Assembly (NCBI GenBank): GCA_010093995.1 | Contig: ML992501.1 | Location: 3,120,489 to 3,184,488 of the forward strand | Reading direction: 5' to 3' | Source: Elsinoe ampelina | Lineage: Eukaryota | DNA length: 64,000 nt | Shown: positions 39,359-50,584 of the stretch, piece by piece | Numbering within the stretch: position 1 is the first letter of the stretch | Layout: every line of letters starts with the position of its first letter | Notes under the pieces: model-generated | Told to the model about the DNA's origin: nothing | Databases searched by the model: none | What the model saw: the letters and a program-made list of their open reading frames with translations, nothing else | Position numbers and translations under genes: made by a program

Positions 39359-40082
39359 ATGGCTGCCGACGCACCGCAAAAGCCGCAGAAGCAAATCGGT
39401 AATGGGGAAGACGACAACAATGACCAGAATGGTCAGCAGCAGGACAAGCAGGAGTCTTTACCTCCGGTTCCGTACATCCAGGAGCCACAGCTGGACCCGA
39501 CCGGCAAGAGGAGCCAGCGCACAGTGGAGCAGCAAAACAAGCAGAATGAACTCGTCAAGGCTCACAAGAGAATGAATGGTACGACAGGGCGCCGTCTTCT
39601 GCAAATCTCTCACTGACATCGACAAAGGTACGGACACAAATCGCTCGCGGTCATCGTCGAGAAAGGAGCGTCGCCGCCGTATACAGCAAGATATGACCGA
39701 TGGGAAATACATGCACACCTCGTCGCTCACAGCTCTCGAGGAAGCCGATGCCAACGGAGAGCTCAAGGCAATGCGACCATTCGAGCGCATCGGACCCGAC
39801 TCGACATCCATGGACGGTCCCGTCACCTTTGCTCGCGCCGAGCGAGGAGAGATTCCGGTTCGAGGCACAAACCCCGGGCAACCGTACTACAACCCACCAA
39901 AGAAGTTTGGCAGTGGTACCAGCAAGCTGGACGAGACCGACGGCCTGAAATTGACCCTTGAGGCGAATCTGGAGATCGAAATCGAGTTGAAGGCGAGCAT
40001 CCGTGGAGATTTGACACTGAGTCTGATGTAAGTTGTCCCCTTCCCCGAGTGTACGGTGCCAATACTACATGACAGGGCATAA
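39359..40082 (+). CDS. Hydrophilic protein with C-terminal motif LKLTLEANLEIEIELKASIRGDLTLSLM (paralog B, ~208 aa); exons 39359-39578, 39628-40027, 40076-40082
   Basis: Introns 39579-39627 and 40028-40075. The last intron is at the same codon position as in paralog A. Confidence 0.82.
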
Positions 40083-40545
40083 TCGGACTGAGCGATTGAA
40101 CAGGGAATAATGCTTTCAAGGACTTGATGCTATCGGGATTACCAAGTAGCAGAGGCGCCGAGTAATTGCTGGGGGAAAGCGCATTCGATACGAGTAATGA
40201 CATGTACTATAAGAAGCGACAGTAGCGGTCGCCGAACATGCAAACAAATGGTCATCTTCGATACTGAGGGTTGACCTCGCCGTCACACGCTTTTGCGGAT
40301 TTAGCCGCGGTTAAGTCCACGCTCTCATGCTCCGCTCCAATTTGACCAGACTCGTTCTATTGACACACATGCCACTCGTCAGTAACACGCCTTGAGAGCA
40401 CACAGTCAACCCAGTATAAAAGCATATTGACGGAGGAAAATTAATTTGATGGCATTGCGTGGGAAAGGACGGTGCTGTGCTGCCGAGTAGATGGAGTCGA
40501 TGTTCCGCCACCATTCCCGGCCCACGTGTTCAAACGATACTCACC

Positions 40546-43500
40546 ATGCCTCCTCTCACGAGCACGGTCTTTCCAAATACTCCACAGTCGCTTCCTTGCG
40601 ATAGCTCGGGTGACGAGCAGACCTTCCATACCCCCAGATCGACACCACGCAAGACTGGTATCACGGCACTCCCAAGCTCATCGCCATGGCGCCACGACGA
40701 AGCGCGACGCTTTCTTCAGGACATCAACAACTTCATTCCCCTAGGTTGTTTGATCGGCAATCAAAGAGCTTCAGACCTCACCATTGCATCAGAATGGACC
40801 GAGATCCACCAGATTGACGACGATGCCGGACTCGACGACAAGAAATCGCTCCAAGACTTTATCACAGCCGGCTGGATTCGAGTCTTCACCAGTGCTGCCA
40901 CTGATTTGGTGCATACCATCTACCGCATTCACATCCTTGCAGTCGATGCAGGTCATCGCTTCATCGAGCGTTATGATAAGACTGCACGTTCACGATATTC
41001 CGCTTGGCGCTCGCTCATCGGTGCTGTGGATACCGCTTCCTCTACCTGGAACGGGGTTGTAGCTGGCGACAAAGAGCCGTTCAGCTTCTGGGCCGCCGCT
41101 GACTCCGAGTCTCTATTCTGGATGTTTAACAATATCCCATCGCCCAACCCGGACCCAAACGCTGTCACCGATGTTTTCCGCAGGCAGGCAATGATCGAAG
41201 TGCTGGACCCGACCTTCAAACTCGGAGGGCTGCGGACAAAGCTGTATCCTTACCAGCGACGGTCTGCGGGTCAGATGCTGCAACGCGAGAGCGAAAGCCG
41301 ACTGTACCTGGATCCCCGCTTGGAGGCCAGGACATCGCCAGACGGTTCGCAATACTACTACAACGCACGAGATTTCGCTTTCCACCGACAGCCGATGAGG
41401 TATGAAGCAGGCAAAGGAGGCATACTTGCAGAGACCATGGGATATGGAAAGACCATTATCACGCTCTCTTTGATCACCTCAACTCGAGGAATACTTCCAA
41501 AGGTCCCCGTCGAGTATTCACAGACCAAGACTCGCGCGGCTGTAGGGAGTCTACTGGATATGTGCGTCACCGCGACCCAGCGACATGCCATCCCCTGGAA
41601 GACATTCTTGAACGAAAGTCAACGGGAGACCTTCGCAGCTCAGGCACTCGAGCAATCGGTACATGCGTACGAAATCCCTCAGATTCCCATTCGTCTTAAT
41701 CGTACTACGGCTACGCCGCCGCCCAAGACCAAGATCATGACTGCAACCACGGTCGTAGTCGTTCCTCGTAACCTGTGCCGTCAGTGGCAGTCTGAGATTG
41801 ACAAGCATGTCGTACCAACTTTCCTCAAAGTTCTCGTGATGGAGGACCTCAGAAAGCCGCTACCACCTCCGAATGAGCTTACCAAATACGATGTGATCCT
41901 CTTCAGTCGCAATCGATTTGAACAAGAGAACAGGGATGGATCAGACGAACAAGGCCGACGCTTTTCCAAGACACCACTATCATGTGCATGCCCTTACATC
42001 GGGTCGACGAGAGAGCGAGACTGCACTTGTCTGCGCCCAGATGATTTGTACAACTCGCCGCTCAAATCACTCCACTTTCTACGCATCATCATCGATGAGG
42101 GTCACTCATTCTCATCCACGAATTCAATTGCCGCACTCGTGGCTGAAAGGCTAGTCACGGCAGATCACCGCTGGGTCGTCAGTGGTACACCAGCCAAAGA
42201 TCTTCTCGGCGTGGAAATGGATCTGTTCAGTGCCGACCAGCCAGAGCAAAGTCTGACCGAGGACCAACAGCGTTCTGCACTTTTGGACCGCAGGAGAAGC
42301 TTTGAAGGCAAGGATGACGAGCGTGCTGCTGTGCAAAACCTCGGCGCTTTGGTCAGTCACTTCCTTCAGATCAAGCCATGGTCGACAGGACAAGGTGAAG
42401 AAGGCGCATCATGGGACGAGTACATCTATCGTCATGAGAATGCCCGAAAGAAGACGTACAAAAGCTTCTCCAAAGCACTCAGGCAGACACTGGATGCGGT
42501 CGTGATCAAGACTCGACCAGAAGATGTGGATAAAGACATCGAGTTACCGCCTCTGACTTATGAGACGGTCAAGCTTGAGCCTTCCTATTACGACAAGGTG
42601 ACCGCCAACCTTTTCACACTGGTCTTGACCTCCAACGCCGTCACCAGTGAGCGTACTGACCGAGATTACCTGTTCCACAAGGAAAGCACCAAGTTCAGGA
42701 TCCAGCTGATCGGGAATCTGCGACAAAGCGCCTTTTTCTGGACCGGCTTCTCGAGGCAGAATGTGCTAGACTCCATCGGCAACGCTGAGAGATACCTCAA
42801 GAAAGAAGGCATCAATTGTACAGACGAGGACAAAGTCATGTTACTGCAGTGTATCGAATCGGCTAAAATTACACTGGAAGACTATGGCTGGAGCGGGCTG
42901 AGCGCCACTCACGAGCTCGGAGTGTTTGTCAAGGACTGGCCATCGGCATCCGCAGAGACTTGGACAATGGACAGTAATGATCCAGTCATGACTGGAGCAC
43001 ACCAAGTGGCCGATGCTCAGGATCATGTTCATTCCCGCCTCGGTCAGGACAACGCAGAATTGAACCTCACTGGTGAGGGTATCAAGGCCATGGTTCGCGC
43101 TCGTGCTCGAGGTAAAGAGGAGACCGACTCGGCCGAGGGTCGAAGCTCAACAGCACTCGCCAAGTCTGGAGTCCCCCTGTCAAGCGTCAATGGGGAACCC
43201 AGCAAGAAGCGCAGCCTCACAAACAAGCGTAAAGCTACATCGGATCCGACATCGACCCCTCCAAGCAAGAAGCGACGCAGTTCGGCAGCACCACCAGCAC
43301 CACCAGTCCTCCGAGGTCCGCCTCCAGTCCTGCCGTTAGGATCTGACTTACATCAGCCTCGCTTGATCGGTACTGCCTCTGCCAAAGCCTCTTACTTACT
43401 TAGCTCCATCCTTTCTCACCATGAATCAGAAAAGTCTCTCATCTTCTTTTCTGGAGAAAATTCGGCATGGTATCTTGCTCAGTGCTTCGACATTCTGCAC

Positions 43501-44304
43501 ATACCCTACCTGATCTACGCCCGCGGTCTGTCCGCCGCCAAGAAGAGCGAGTACATCGTCCGCTTCAACGAGTCGCCCGTGGAGCGAGTAATGCTCATGG
43601 ATGTCAACCAAGCAGCGTTTGGCTTAAATTTATCCAGCGCGAGCAGGGTGTACTTTATCAACCCCGTTTTACGACCAGGTATCGAAGCGCAGGCCGTCAA
43701 GCGAGCTCACAGGATCGGACAGACAAGAGAAGTCAAGGTCAAAACGCTTGTGCTAGAAGGTACATGGGAGGAAGCCATGTGGGAGCGGGCCAGGCGGATG
43801 ACGAGGGAGGAGCAGAAGGTGAAGGATGTAGAGGAGGACGAAGGAGTCAAAGGCGTGGTGCAGAGCATGAAGTTGTTGGATCTTGGTGCAGTGGTTGGGA
43901 GCATTGAGAAGATGGCACCTCTTAGCTCACCGCAGAAGGTCTTCTGCAGGCAAGGATGGGACGAGTGGGGAGAAGGAAAGTGGTGGAAGAACAGGAAGGA
44001 CGTCGTGGAGGACAAGACATCGGTCGAAGTTGACTCACCTGATGCTGGTGGGAAGAAGGCGAAGAAGAGAAAGCATGGGAAAGAGAACCGAGACGTCAAC
44101 ATGGCAGGAGATGCGCAAGCTACGCCCTCTCGATCACAAACCCCGACGAGAAAGGTGAAGCTGAAGACGAAGAGGCCAAAGACGGTCGGCTTCGCAGCAG
44201 GAACCATTACGGTTGGGCCAGGTACCGTCACTCTTGGAGCGAATGCCACACTTCATGCGATGACGGGTGCAGGAGGGGTGGCATCCAGTGCTGGTGATCC
44301 GTAG
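40546..44304 (+). CDS. SNF2-family helicase/ATPase (Rad5/Rad16-like group)
   Basis: 'LYPYQRR', Walker A 'GGILAETMGYGKT', 'IIIDEGH', 'RWVVSGTP', 'GLNLSSASRVYFINP', 'QAVKRAHRIGQTREV'. Start ATG 40546 is inferred. Confidence 0.93.
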   Translation: MPPLTSTVFPNTPQSLPCDSSGDEQTFHTPRSTPRKTGITALPSSSPWRHDEARRFLQDINNFIPLGCLIGNQRASDLTIASEWTEIHQIDDDAGLDDKKSLQDFITAGWIRVFTSAATDLVHTIYRIHILAVDAGHRFIERYDKTARSRYSAWRSLIGAVDTASSTWNGVVAGDKEPFSFWAAADSESLFWMFNNIPSPNPDPNAVTDVFRRQAMIEVLDPTFKLGGLRTKLYPYQRRSAGQMLQRESESRLYLDPRLEARTSPDGSQYYYNARDFAFHRQPMRYEAGKGGILAETMGYGKTIITLSLITSTRGILPKVPVEYSQTKTRAAVGSLLDMCVTATQRHAIPWKTFLNESQRETFAAQALEQSVHAYEIPQIPIRLNRTTATPPPKTKIMTATTVVVVPRNLCRQWQSEIDKHVVPTFLKVLVMEDLRKPLPPPNELTKYDVILFSRNRFEQENRDGSDEQGRRFSKTPLSCACPYIGSTRERDCTCLRPDDLYNSPLKSLHFLRIIIDEGHSFSSTNSIAALVAERLVTADHRWVVSGTPAKDLLGVEMDLFSADQPEQSLTEDQQRSALLDRRRSFEGKDDERAAVQNLGALVSHFLQIKPWSTGQGEEGASWDEYIYRHENARKKTYKSFSKALRQTLDAVVIKTRPEDVDKDIELPPLTYETVKLEPSYYDKVTANLFTLVLTSNAVTSERTDRDYLFHKESTKFRIQLIGNLRQSAFFWTGFSRQNVLDSIGNAERYLKKEGINCTDEDKVMLLQCIESAKITLEDYGWSGLSATHELGVFVKDWPSASAETWTMDSNDPVMTGAHQVADAQDHVHSRLGQDNAELNLTGEGIKAMVRARARGKEETDSAEGRSSTALAKSGVPLSSVNGEPSKKRSLTNKRKATSDPTSTPPSKKRRSSAAPPAPPVLRGPPPVLPLGSDLHQPRLIGTASAKASYLLSSILSHHESEKSLIFFSGENSAWYLAQCFDILHIPYLIYARGLSAAKKSEYIVRFNESPVERVMLMDVNQAAFGLNLSSASRVYFINPVLRPGIEAQAVKRAHRIGQTREVKVKTLVLEGTWEEAMWERARRMTREEQKVKDVEEDEGVKGVVQSMKLLDLGAVVGSIEKMAPLSSPQKVFCRQGWDEWGEGKWWKNRKDVVEDKTSVEVDSPDAGGKKAKKRKHGKENRDVNMAGDAQATPSRSQTPTRKVKLKTKRPKTVGFAAGTITVGPGTVTLGANATLHAMTGAGGVASSAGDP

Positions 44305-45463
44305 CGAGGACCGAACAGTACTGCAAGAGGCAAAAGGAGGAGCATGTTAATCCGCTTGCATAGATACGAATTTTGCACAGATAAAGTCGAAGATATGAAT
44401 GAATTACAATGTATCAAACCCCTTGAGTAGGATGAGTAGTTCTTACCAAGAAATCCATGTCGTCGCTATCACCTCTCCACCGGTCCAGGTCATTTGAAGC
44501 CACATCCACAGCCAGACCACACACAGTTCAACTCTCACTCCGCTTGGAACAGCCACATGAGTCTCTCTTCCATTTCAAAAACAAGAATGTCATATGCTGC
44601 AAAGCTCTAGCTTGGTCTGATCAGTAGTCCCTGCTTGTGCTTTTCACCCGCATCCCATAGCGTCAAGCTCAAAACAGGCCCTGAGGTGCCACCACGCCCA
44701 GCTGCGTCAAACGAGGCACCAACGCTATACAAACCAGCAAAAGCCTCTGCAGGGCCAATTCAATGGTTCCGCGTGATTAGAGACAGGCTATTGAGTCATC
44801 CTGGTAGCTCCACTTCTGCCTGCACCCGAAACACAGGACCTGTTGTGTCGCCATGCAAAGACCCGGTCGTGTCACCGAGAACAACGGCGAACGATTGGAG
44901 AACAAAGAGACTGAGCAACAACCACAAGTGACGGCCATATCCGGTCTGGAAGGAGGATTTTGTGACTGCGACGCATGTCTTCACCGCATCTCGTCTATCT
45001 GCGACCTCTCATAAACGCTTCATCTGCGCCATGCCGCTCAAGCAGATCGGGTGCGTACATTCCGCGCTTCTATCTGCATGCTGCACCAATCAGATAGAAC
45101 TTATCGAACAACGATCAGGCGCGTGGTCATCGCCCCTCGACTCGTTGTCCGGCCCCTTGCTCGACAACAAGACCTCCGGAATGCATCCATCACCATCGCC
45201 GTTTGCAGCCTCCTCCCACCAACAAGACAATGGCCAGTCACTGACTGCTCGTTTGCAAACACCTCACGGTAAGCCCGAATCAAAGACACGATTCAGTAGG
45301 GACATTGCTACATGTCAACCACAACGGCAGACAAAGAAACTTTCTATCCTGTGTCTGGCTTGATTCCCTTTCATCACACCCTCATCCCCCACCGCTCTTG
45401 TCACCCTGAAAGAAGCCTATTGTGACCACCCGTCGTGCCTCTTCATTCCTCCTCACCCCTTCA

Positions 45464-47887
45464 ATGTCAGGCTCACGAGTCACCGTGTCGCGACCTGACA
45501 ATGTCTTTTACAACCACGACACTAGCATAGACCAGCCACAAGTCTGCTTCACGAGACAGCTTTGGCAGCGCAATATGCCCGCAGATCAGGAAATGACTTC
45601 GCCTACCGCGAGATTGCCGCGCGTATCTATCGGCAGTAGCATATCTTCTGAGCATCAGCCGGGCGCGAGATCCGCGTCGGTGGCTTCGCTCATGTCGGCA
45701 CCGCTGAGGAGTCTGGAGGGGCCACATACGCCGACGAGGTTGGGGTGTTCGGATGGACCTTCGCCGACACGCAGTCCGAGGAAGCGCTCGATAGACCAGG
45801 TTGAGGACGTTCAGCCGACTGCATTGTCATCGCCGAGGTCGGCGGTGGAGGCGTCGCCGTATCCTTGTCTGTGTCAGCCCGAGCCAAAGATACCTCGTCC
45901 CAGGAATGGTGAGTATCTATGACGATGGAACTGCAGACTACTGACACATCGCGCAGCTTTCATTTTATATCGTCAGCATCACAATGCTTCCGTCATCACT
46001 CGCTATCCCAACATGTCGAATCCCGAGATCTCCAAGATCATTGGTGAGCTATGGCGCAGCGAGCCGGAGGAAGAGAAGAACCGGTGGAAGTCATTTGCTG
46101 AGGTACACCCCTGTCCATTTCGAATCGTTGACAATGCTGACAGTGACCAGGAAGACAAGATTCAACACGCTCAGAAGTATCCCTCTTACCGCTATCAGCC
46201 CAAGCGAACAAACAAGCCCACACCGACCGAGGGCTCACCAGGTCCATGGACTGACATCCAGACCTGCCCGAAATGCAATGGTCGAAAGGTCGCTCAACCT
46301 TATCCTTCGAATCATGCACCTCAGAAGAGCCAGGAAGACAACCCCTCGCCCGACGAGCCATCTGCATCTTTACCGAGAAGGAGCAACACCATCACCCTCC
46401 CACCGCCCAAGCCTTCCTCCAGCACCACGCCCAGCACCCGCTACCTACCGATGCAAAACCTCTCCCTCTCCTCCCCTTCTTCAACCCAATACGCTTCCAC
46501 AAGAGAGCTCATCCCCGACACCATCCTCTCCCCGAAACGCCGCCGCATCGACCCCAGCCACACCCACCCGCAACACCCGCAGCACTTCCAGCGCGGCCCC
46601 ACCACCACCACCACTCCATTCAGGCAGACCTTCTTCCCGCCCAACCCCTACCACCCCGGTCCCACCTCCGCCCACCCCTCGCGCCGCGTCTCCCTCCCAC
46701 CAGCATCCGACCTCCTCGCCTCTTCCGCCCAAGGACAACGCATGCCACCCCCTCCCGTCCACCTTCCTGCTCAGCACCGACAGCACCAACCGCAAGCACA
46801 AGGGAGGCTCATCGCCCGGCGCACCCCGCCCCGCGCCGACCTCAGCCTCAACCTCCCCCCGATCCACACTTCCTTGTCCTCTGGCCCTGGCCCGGCGACC
46901 GCAAGCAGTGCGATGCCCCCCTCCGCGGCGATGAGGACGTTCGCAGCCGCCCACGCGGCGCAGTTGAGCGGATCATCTTCGTCGGGAGGAGGGATGAGCG
47001 CCGGCGGAGCGTCGCGGGGAGGGAACGAGTTGGCGCTGGTGAGGCACAAGATTGGGACGTTGAGGCAGTTGTTGTTGCCTTTGCCTTGTTCTCTTCCCGG
47101 GGGAAAGGAGGGGGACGTCGGAGGGGATGGGAAGAGAAGGGAGGGGGGAGGGGGGGATGCTGAGAAGGGTAGGGGAAGGAGGGGGAAGGGGAGAGGAGCG
47201 ATCGTCGCTGTGGAAGGGGATAGTCCTTCTGCTGCGAGGGAGTTGGCGGATTGGCTTGCTGATGCGATGAGGGGCCAGGGGGATGTGAGTGTGTTTGATG
47301 GACCGAGGGTGCCGGAGAGGGAGACGAGGGTGGAGGAGTTGTTGAAGGTTGTTGGGGCGTGGCATGAGAGGGGGAGAGAGGTGGGGAGGGTGGTGATGGG
47401 GGAGAGGGAGGTGGAGGGGACGGGGAAGGAGGGTGCTGGAGAGGAGAAGGAGAAGGAGACGACCAAGGGGAGGAAGGATAGCAAGAGTAGCGCTGAGACG
47501 GATGTGATGGATGTTGACGAGGTTGAGGAAGAGAAGGAAGAGAAGAGGAGGTTGTTGGTATTGAGGGGATATGTCCTTACCGCTACGAACCTGTTCGCCG
47601 CGAGGATTCCATTGACGGGGAATTATGACCCGAAAGGACATTGGGAGTGGACGGCTTGTTTGTGGAGAGGCATCGTGGCACCGGATGTCATCATCTATGT
47701 CAAGGACGTGGATGGGAAGGAGGGAGTCGACCTCGGTGGGTGCGAGGTGTTGGATGATGGGAGGCTGATCGTGGTGAGGAGATGTCGAGGGGAGACGGAG
47801 AAGACGGGCGTGGAGGGGGTGCAAGCAGGAGCACTGCGAAGGTTGGGTTTCGAGGTTGGAGAATGGCTCAGGTCTTTCTCTGGGTGA
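45464..47887 (+). CDS. HMG-box transcription factor (MATA_HMG/Rox1-Rfg1-like, ~775 aa); exons 45464-45908, 45957-46102, 46151-47887
   Basis: Spliced HMG box 'KIPRPRN|AFILYRQHH..NPEISKIIGELWR..WKSFAE|EDKIQHAQKYPSYRYQPKR' across two 48-nt introns. The start could instead be ATG 45575. Confidence 0.9.
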
Positions 47888-48554
47888 GAAGAACGAGTCC
47901 GGACATAGGTAGACTCGCAATGGAGATGTGCCGGAGATGCTCTCTGATCGTTTGTGGACATGCCACGTCAAGTTGCTTTGTGAGGAAGGTGGGAGAGGGC
48001 AAGGTTGACGTTTGTATGGTTGCAGATGTCAAAGATGGTGGTTTTGTGTGAAAAGTGCAAACAACGGTATGCTTCCCACGTGGCAAGGAAGAAGTCGGCA
48101 TGGCAAAAGGGCAGAAGGATAGAGAGTCGAGGTGGAGGAGATGTCATTTGGCGGGTCGTTGCGGGGCTGACGGGCAGCGTAAACAAAAAAAAAGAGCCCT
48201 AGAGGGAAGAAGCTCCATCCGTGGGGTCCACTCTTTCGCGTCAATGCACGCCCGCATAGAAACCACTCCTTGACATCCTCCATCATCGGACCGAACACTC
48301 AATTCTACTTCATACATTCCCTCGATTGTCTTTGACTCCCCTTCAATGCCCTACTTGCATTGAATTGACATATTCCACAGGTACGGTCCCCTTGCTCGGC
48401 CTCTGCCCGCATGACCCCTCGCTGACAACAGTGGAATGCACAGCGCAACACCAGCGTCCAAACGGCCACCGGCTGGTACACACACCTCTCTACACAAGGT
48501 CCATTTGAGTATCAAGAGCTTTGGAAGATACACTGCTGAAGGAGAGTCGCCAAC

Positions 48555-49781
48555 ATGACTTCCTTTATGCAAACAATGTTCGTCGCCCCTTCATCTTCCT
48601 TGACACCACCACATTCACCCCTCAAACATCATTTCCCCTGCGCCGCCAAACCTCTGTCACCTCTCCATTCCAATGTCTTCGCCGCCTCGACCAGCAGCCT
48701 GAATGGTGTGCCTCTCCCAGAACCACCACAGCAAGTGTACGAGAGCCCTCTGCAGAAACACTTTCGAGATGTTCTGCAGACTAGGAGCTCGCATGCTTCG
48801 CTGTTTAGCAACGCGACCGCAGCCGACTCGCGACCTGGATCGAGCAGCTCGGCATGCACTTCTTTGCTGTCCGGCAGCCCAACCAGGCGCGACAAGGTCA
48901 TCCTTCCGCGATCAAAAGCTGGAAGGGCACACCGCAGAGCAGTTCTGGTCGAGGAAGACGAAGAAGACAGAGGACTTGGAGCAGGGCTCGAATACATCAT
49001 GGCACAAGCAGATTTGTTAACATCTTCCGACAGCAACGCGAATGCGCGCACGAGGAGCGCCTTCAGGCCCCAGAGAGCGACAAAGGGAAGCAACAGCTGG
49101 CAGCTGAAGCAGTTCGCCGAAGCCACACTGGGGAGTGGCAGTCTCAAGAAGGTCGTGAAGCTGCCTGAAGGAGAGGACAGGGACGAGTGGTTGGCCGTCA
49201 ACAGTAAGTCCCTTCCGCATCGTGGATGCGACTGTCAACTCACACGAACCAGTCGTCGACTTCTACAACCAGGTCAACCTTCTCTACGGTGCCATCACAG
49301 AATTCTGCTCGCCGCAATCATGCCCAGAGATGAAGGCAACGGACGAGTATGTACAAGCTTCAAATCCCACCGTGGCTCATCTAACAATCACAGATTCGAG
49401 TACCTCTGGCACAACCCTCCCGACTTCCCCAAGCCAACCCGCCTCCCGGCTCCCACCTACATCTCCCACCTTCTCTCCTGGACCTCCGCCTACCTCTCCG
49501 ATCCCAACCTCTTCCCAACTCAGCCAGGTGTTCCCTTCCCTCCCAATTTCCTGTCGACCATCCGCCAAATCTTCAAGAGACTGTACCGAGTCTACGCCCA
49601 CATCTACTGCCATCACTACAGCGTGATTAGGGGTCTTGGACTGGAGGCACATCTCAACACCGGCTTCAAGCACTACGTTCTATTCGTCGAGGAGTTCGGA
49701 CTCGCAGATAGCGGAGAGGGAAGGAGGGAGTGGTTCGGACCCCTGGGCGAACTGGTCGAGAGCATGATCAGGAGCGAATAG
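48555..49781 (+). CDS. MOB1: MOB kinase activator Mob1 (~224 aa); exons 48555-48577, 49034-49203, 49253-49346, 49394-49781
   Basis: '[52 protein letters not shown]', '[16 protein letters not shown]', 'HLNTGFKH'. The predicted introns restore the frame. Confidence 0.95.
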   Translation: MTSFMQTMFVAPSSSLTPPHSPLKHHFPCAAKPLSPLHSNVFAASTSSLNGVPLPEPPQQVYESPLQKHFRDVLQTRSSHASLFSNATAADSRPGSSSSACTSLLSGSPTRRDKVILPRSKAGRAHRRAVLVEEDEEDRGLGAGLEYIMAQADLLTSSDSNANARTRSAFRPQRATKGSNSWQLKQFAEATLGSGSLKKVVKLPEGEDRDEWLAVNSKSLPHRGCDCQLTRTSRRLLQPGQPSLRCHHRILLAAIMPRDEGNGRVCTSFKSHRGSSNNHRFEYLWHNPPDFPKPTRLPAPTYISHLLSWTSAYLSDPNLFPTQPGVPFPPNFLSTIRQIFKRLYRVYAHIYCHHYSVIRGLGLEAHLNTGFKHYVLFVEEFGLADSGEGRREWFGPLGELVESMIRSE

Positions 49782-50584
49782 TGGACATGACAAAGATGAT
49801 GACAAGCATGGGTTTGGGCAACAGCGTTGCGGATACGGATGGGGACAGTGGAACATGTCTACTTTTGAGTCCAGAAGACATGATGGATATACCAGATGAC
49901 TTTAATGTATGCCTTACGAGAATTTCGAAGAATGTGCATGCAATTGACTATGAAATGTGCTCATGCTATATTGAAATCAGTCAGACCTTGTCCACACCTC
50001 TGCTGCATCGAGAAGGATGCAATAGCTGAGTCTGAGGCAAGAGATACTACCAGCAGGTCGACACCTTGCACGTGTTCAGGAAAAGTCAGGATGACAGCCT
50101 GGTAGCAAAAGAAATAGGAGCTACCAACATATCTCCTCCGTGAATTCTATGACAAGGAGTCAGGAACATACCTGGTAAGTGTGGATGTAAAATTACTACC
50201 AGGTTGCCGTCCTCACCTCGGACCTCACATGGCGAAAATGCCGCAACATGGCAATACTACCAGAACAACATTGCCACACCACCACGATATTCACTCAATA
50301 GCAATACACATGTTCTCGCCTCCCAATCACCCACTTGCATTGTCACATACCTCACCTTGCATATCAATTGCCTTTGTCTCCCCGCCCCAACCCCCGAAAA
50401 CAGGACAATAGCAAACCCAACAAAGACACCTCACAATGGGCCCATTCCGAGCAATGCGCCGAAGACAGACAATACCGCAAGCAATCCCTCAAAGCACTCC
50501 CCTTCTTCTCCGTTGCCTATCTGCCCTTCCCTTCTCCCTACCAAAAACCCACAAACAACTTTCCTACCACCGCCACCACCAACC

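Noticed and set aside
45464..47887. HMG-box gene as the mating-type gene MAT1-2-1
   Set aside because: It is much longer than typical MAT1-2-1 proteins and is flanked by SNF2 and MOB1, not APN2/SLA2. It fits a general Rox1/Rfg1-like factor better.
46973..47971. Long antisense ORFs here and at 20316-21083, 50564-51289, 8093-8827, 53724-54473
   Set aside because: Shadow ORFs opposite well-supported genes, favoured by skewed, stop-poor composition. No motifs.
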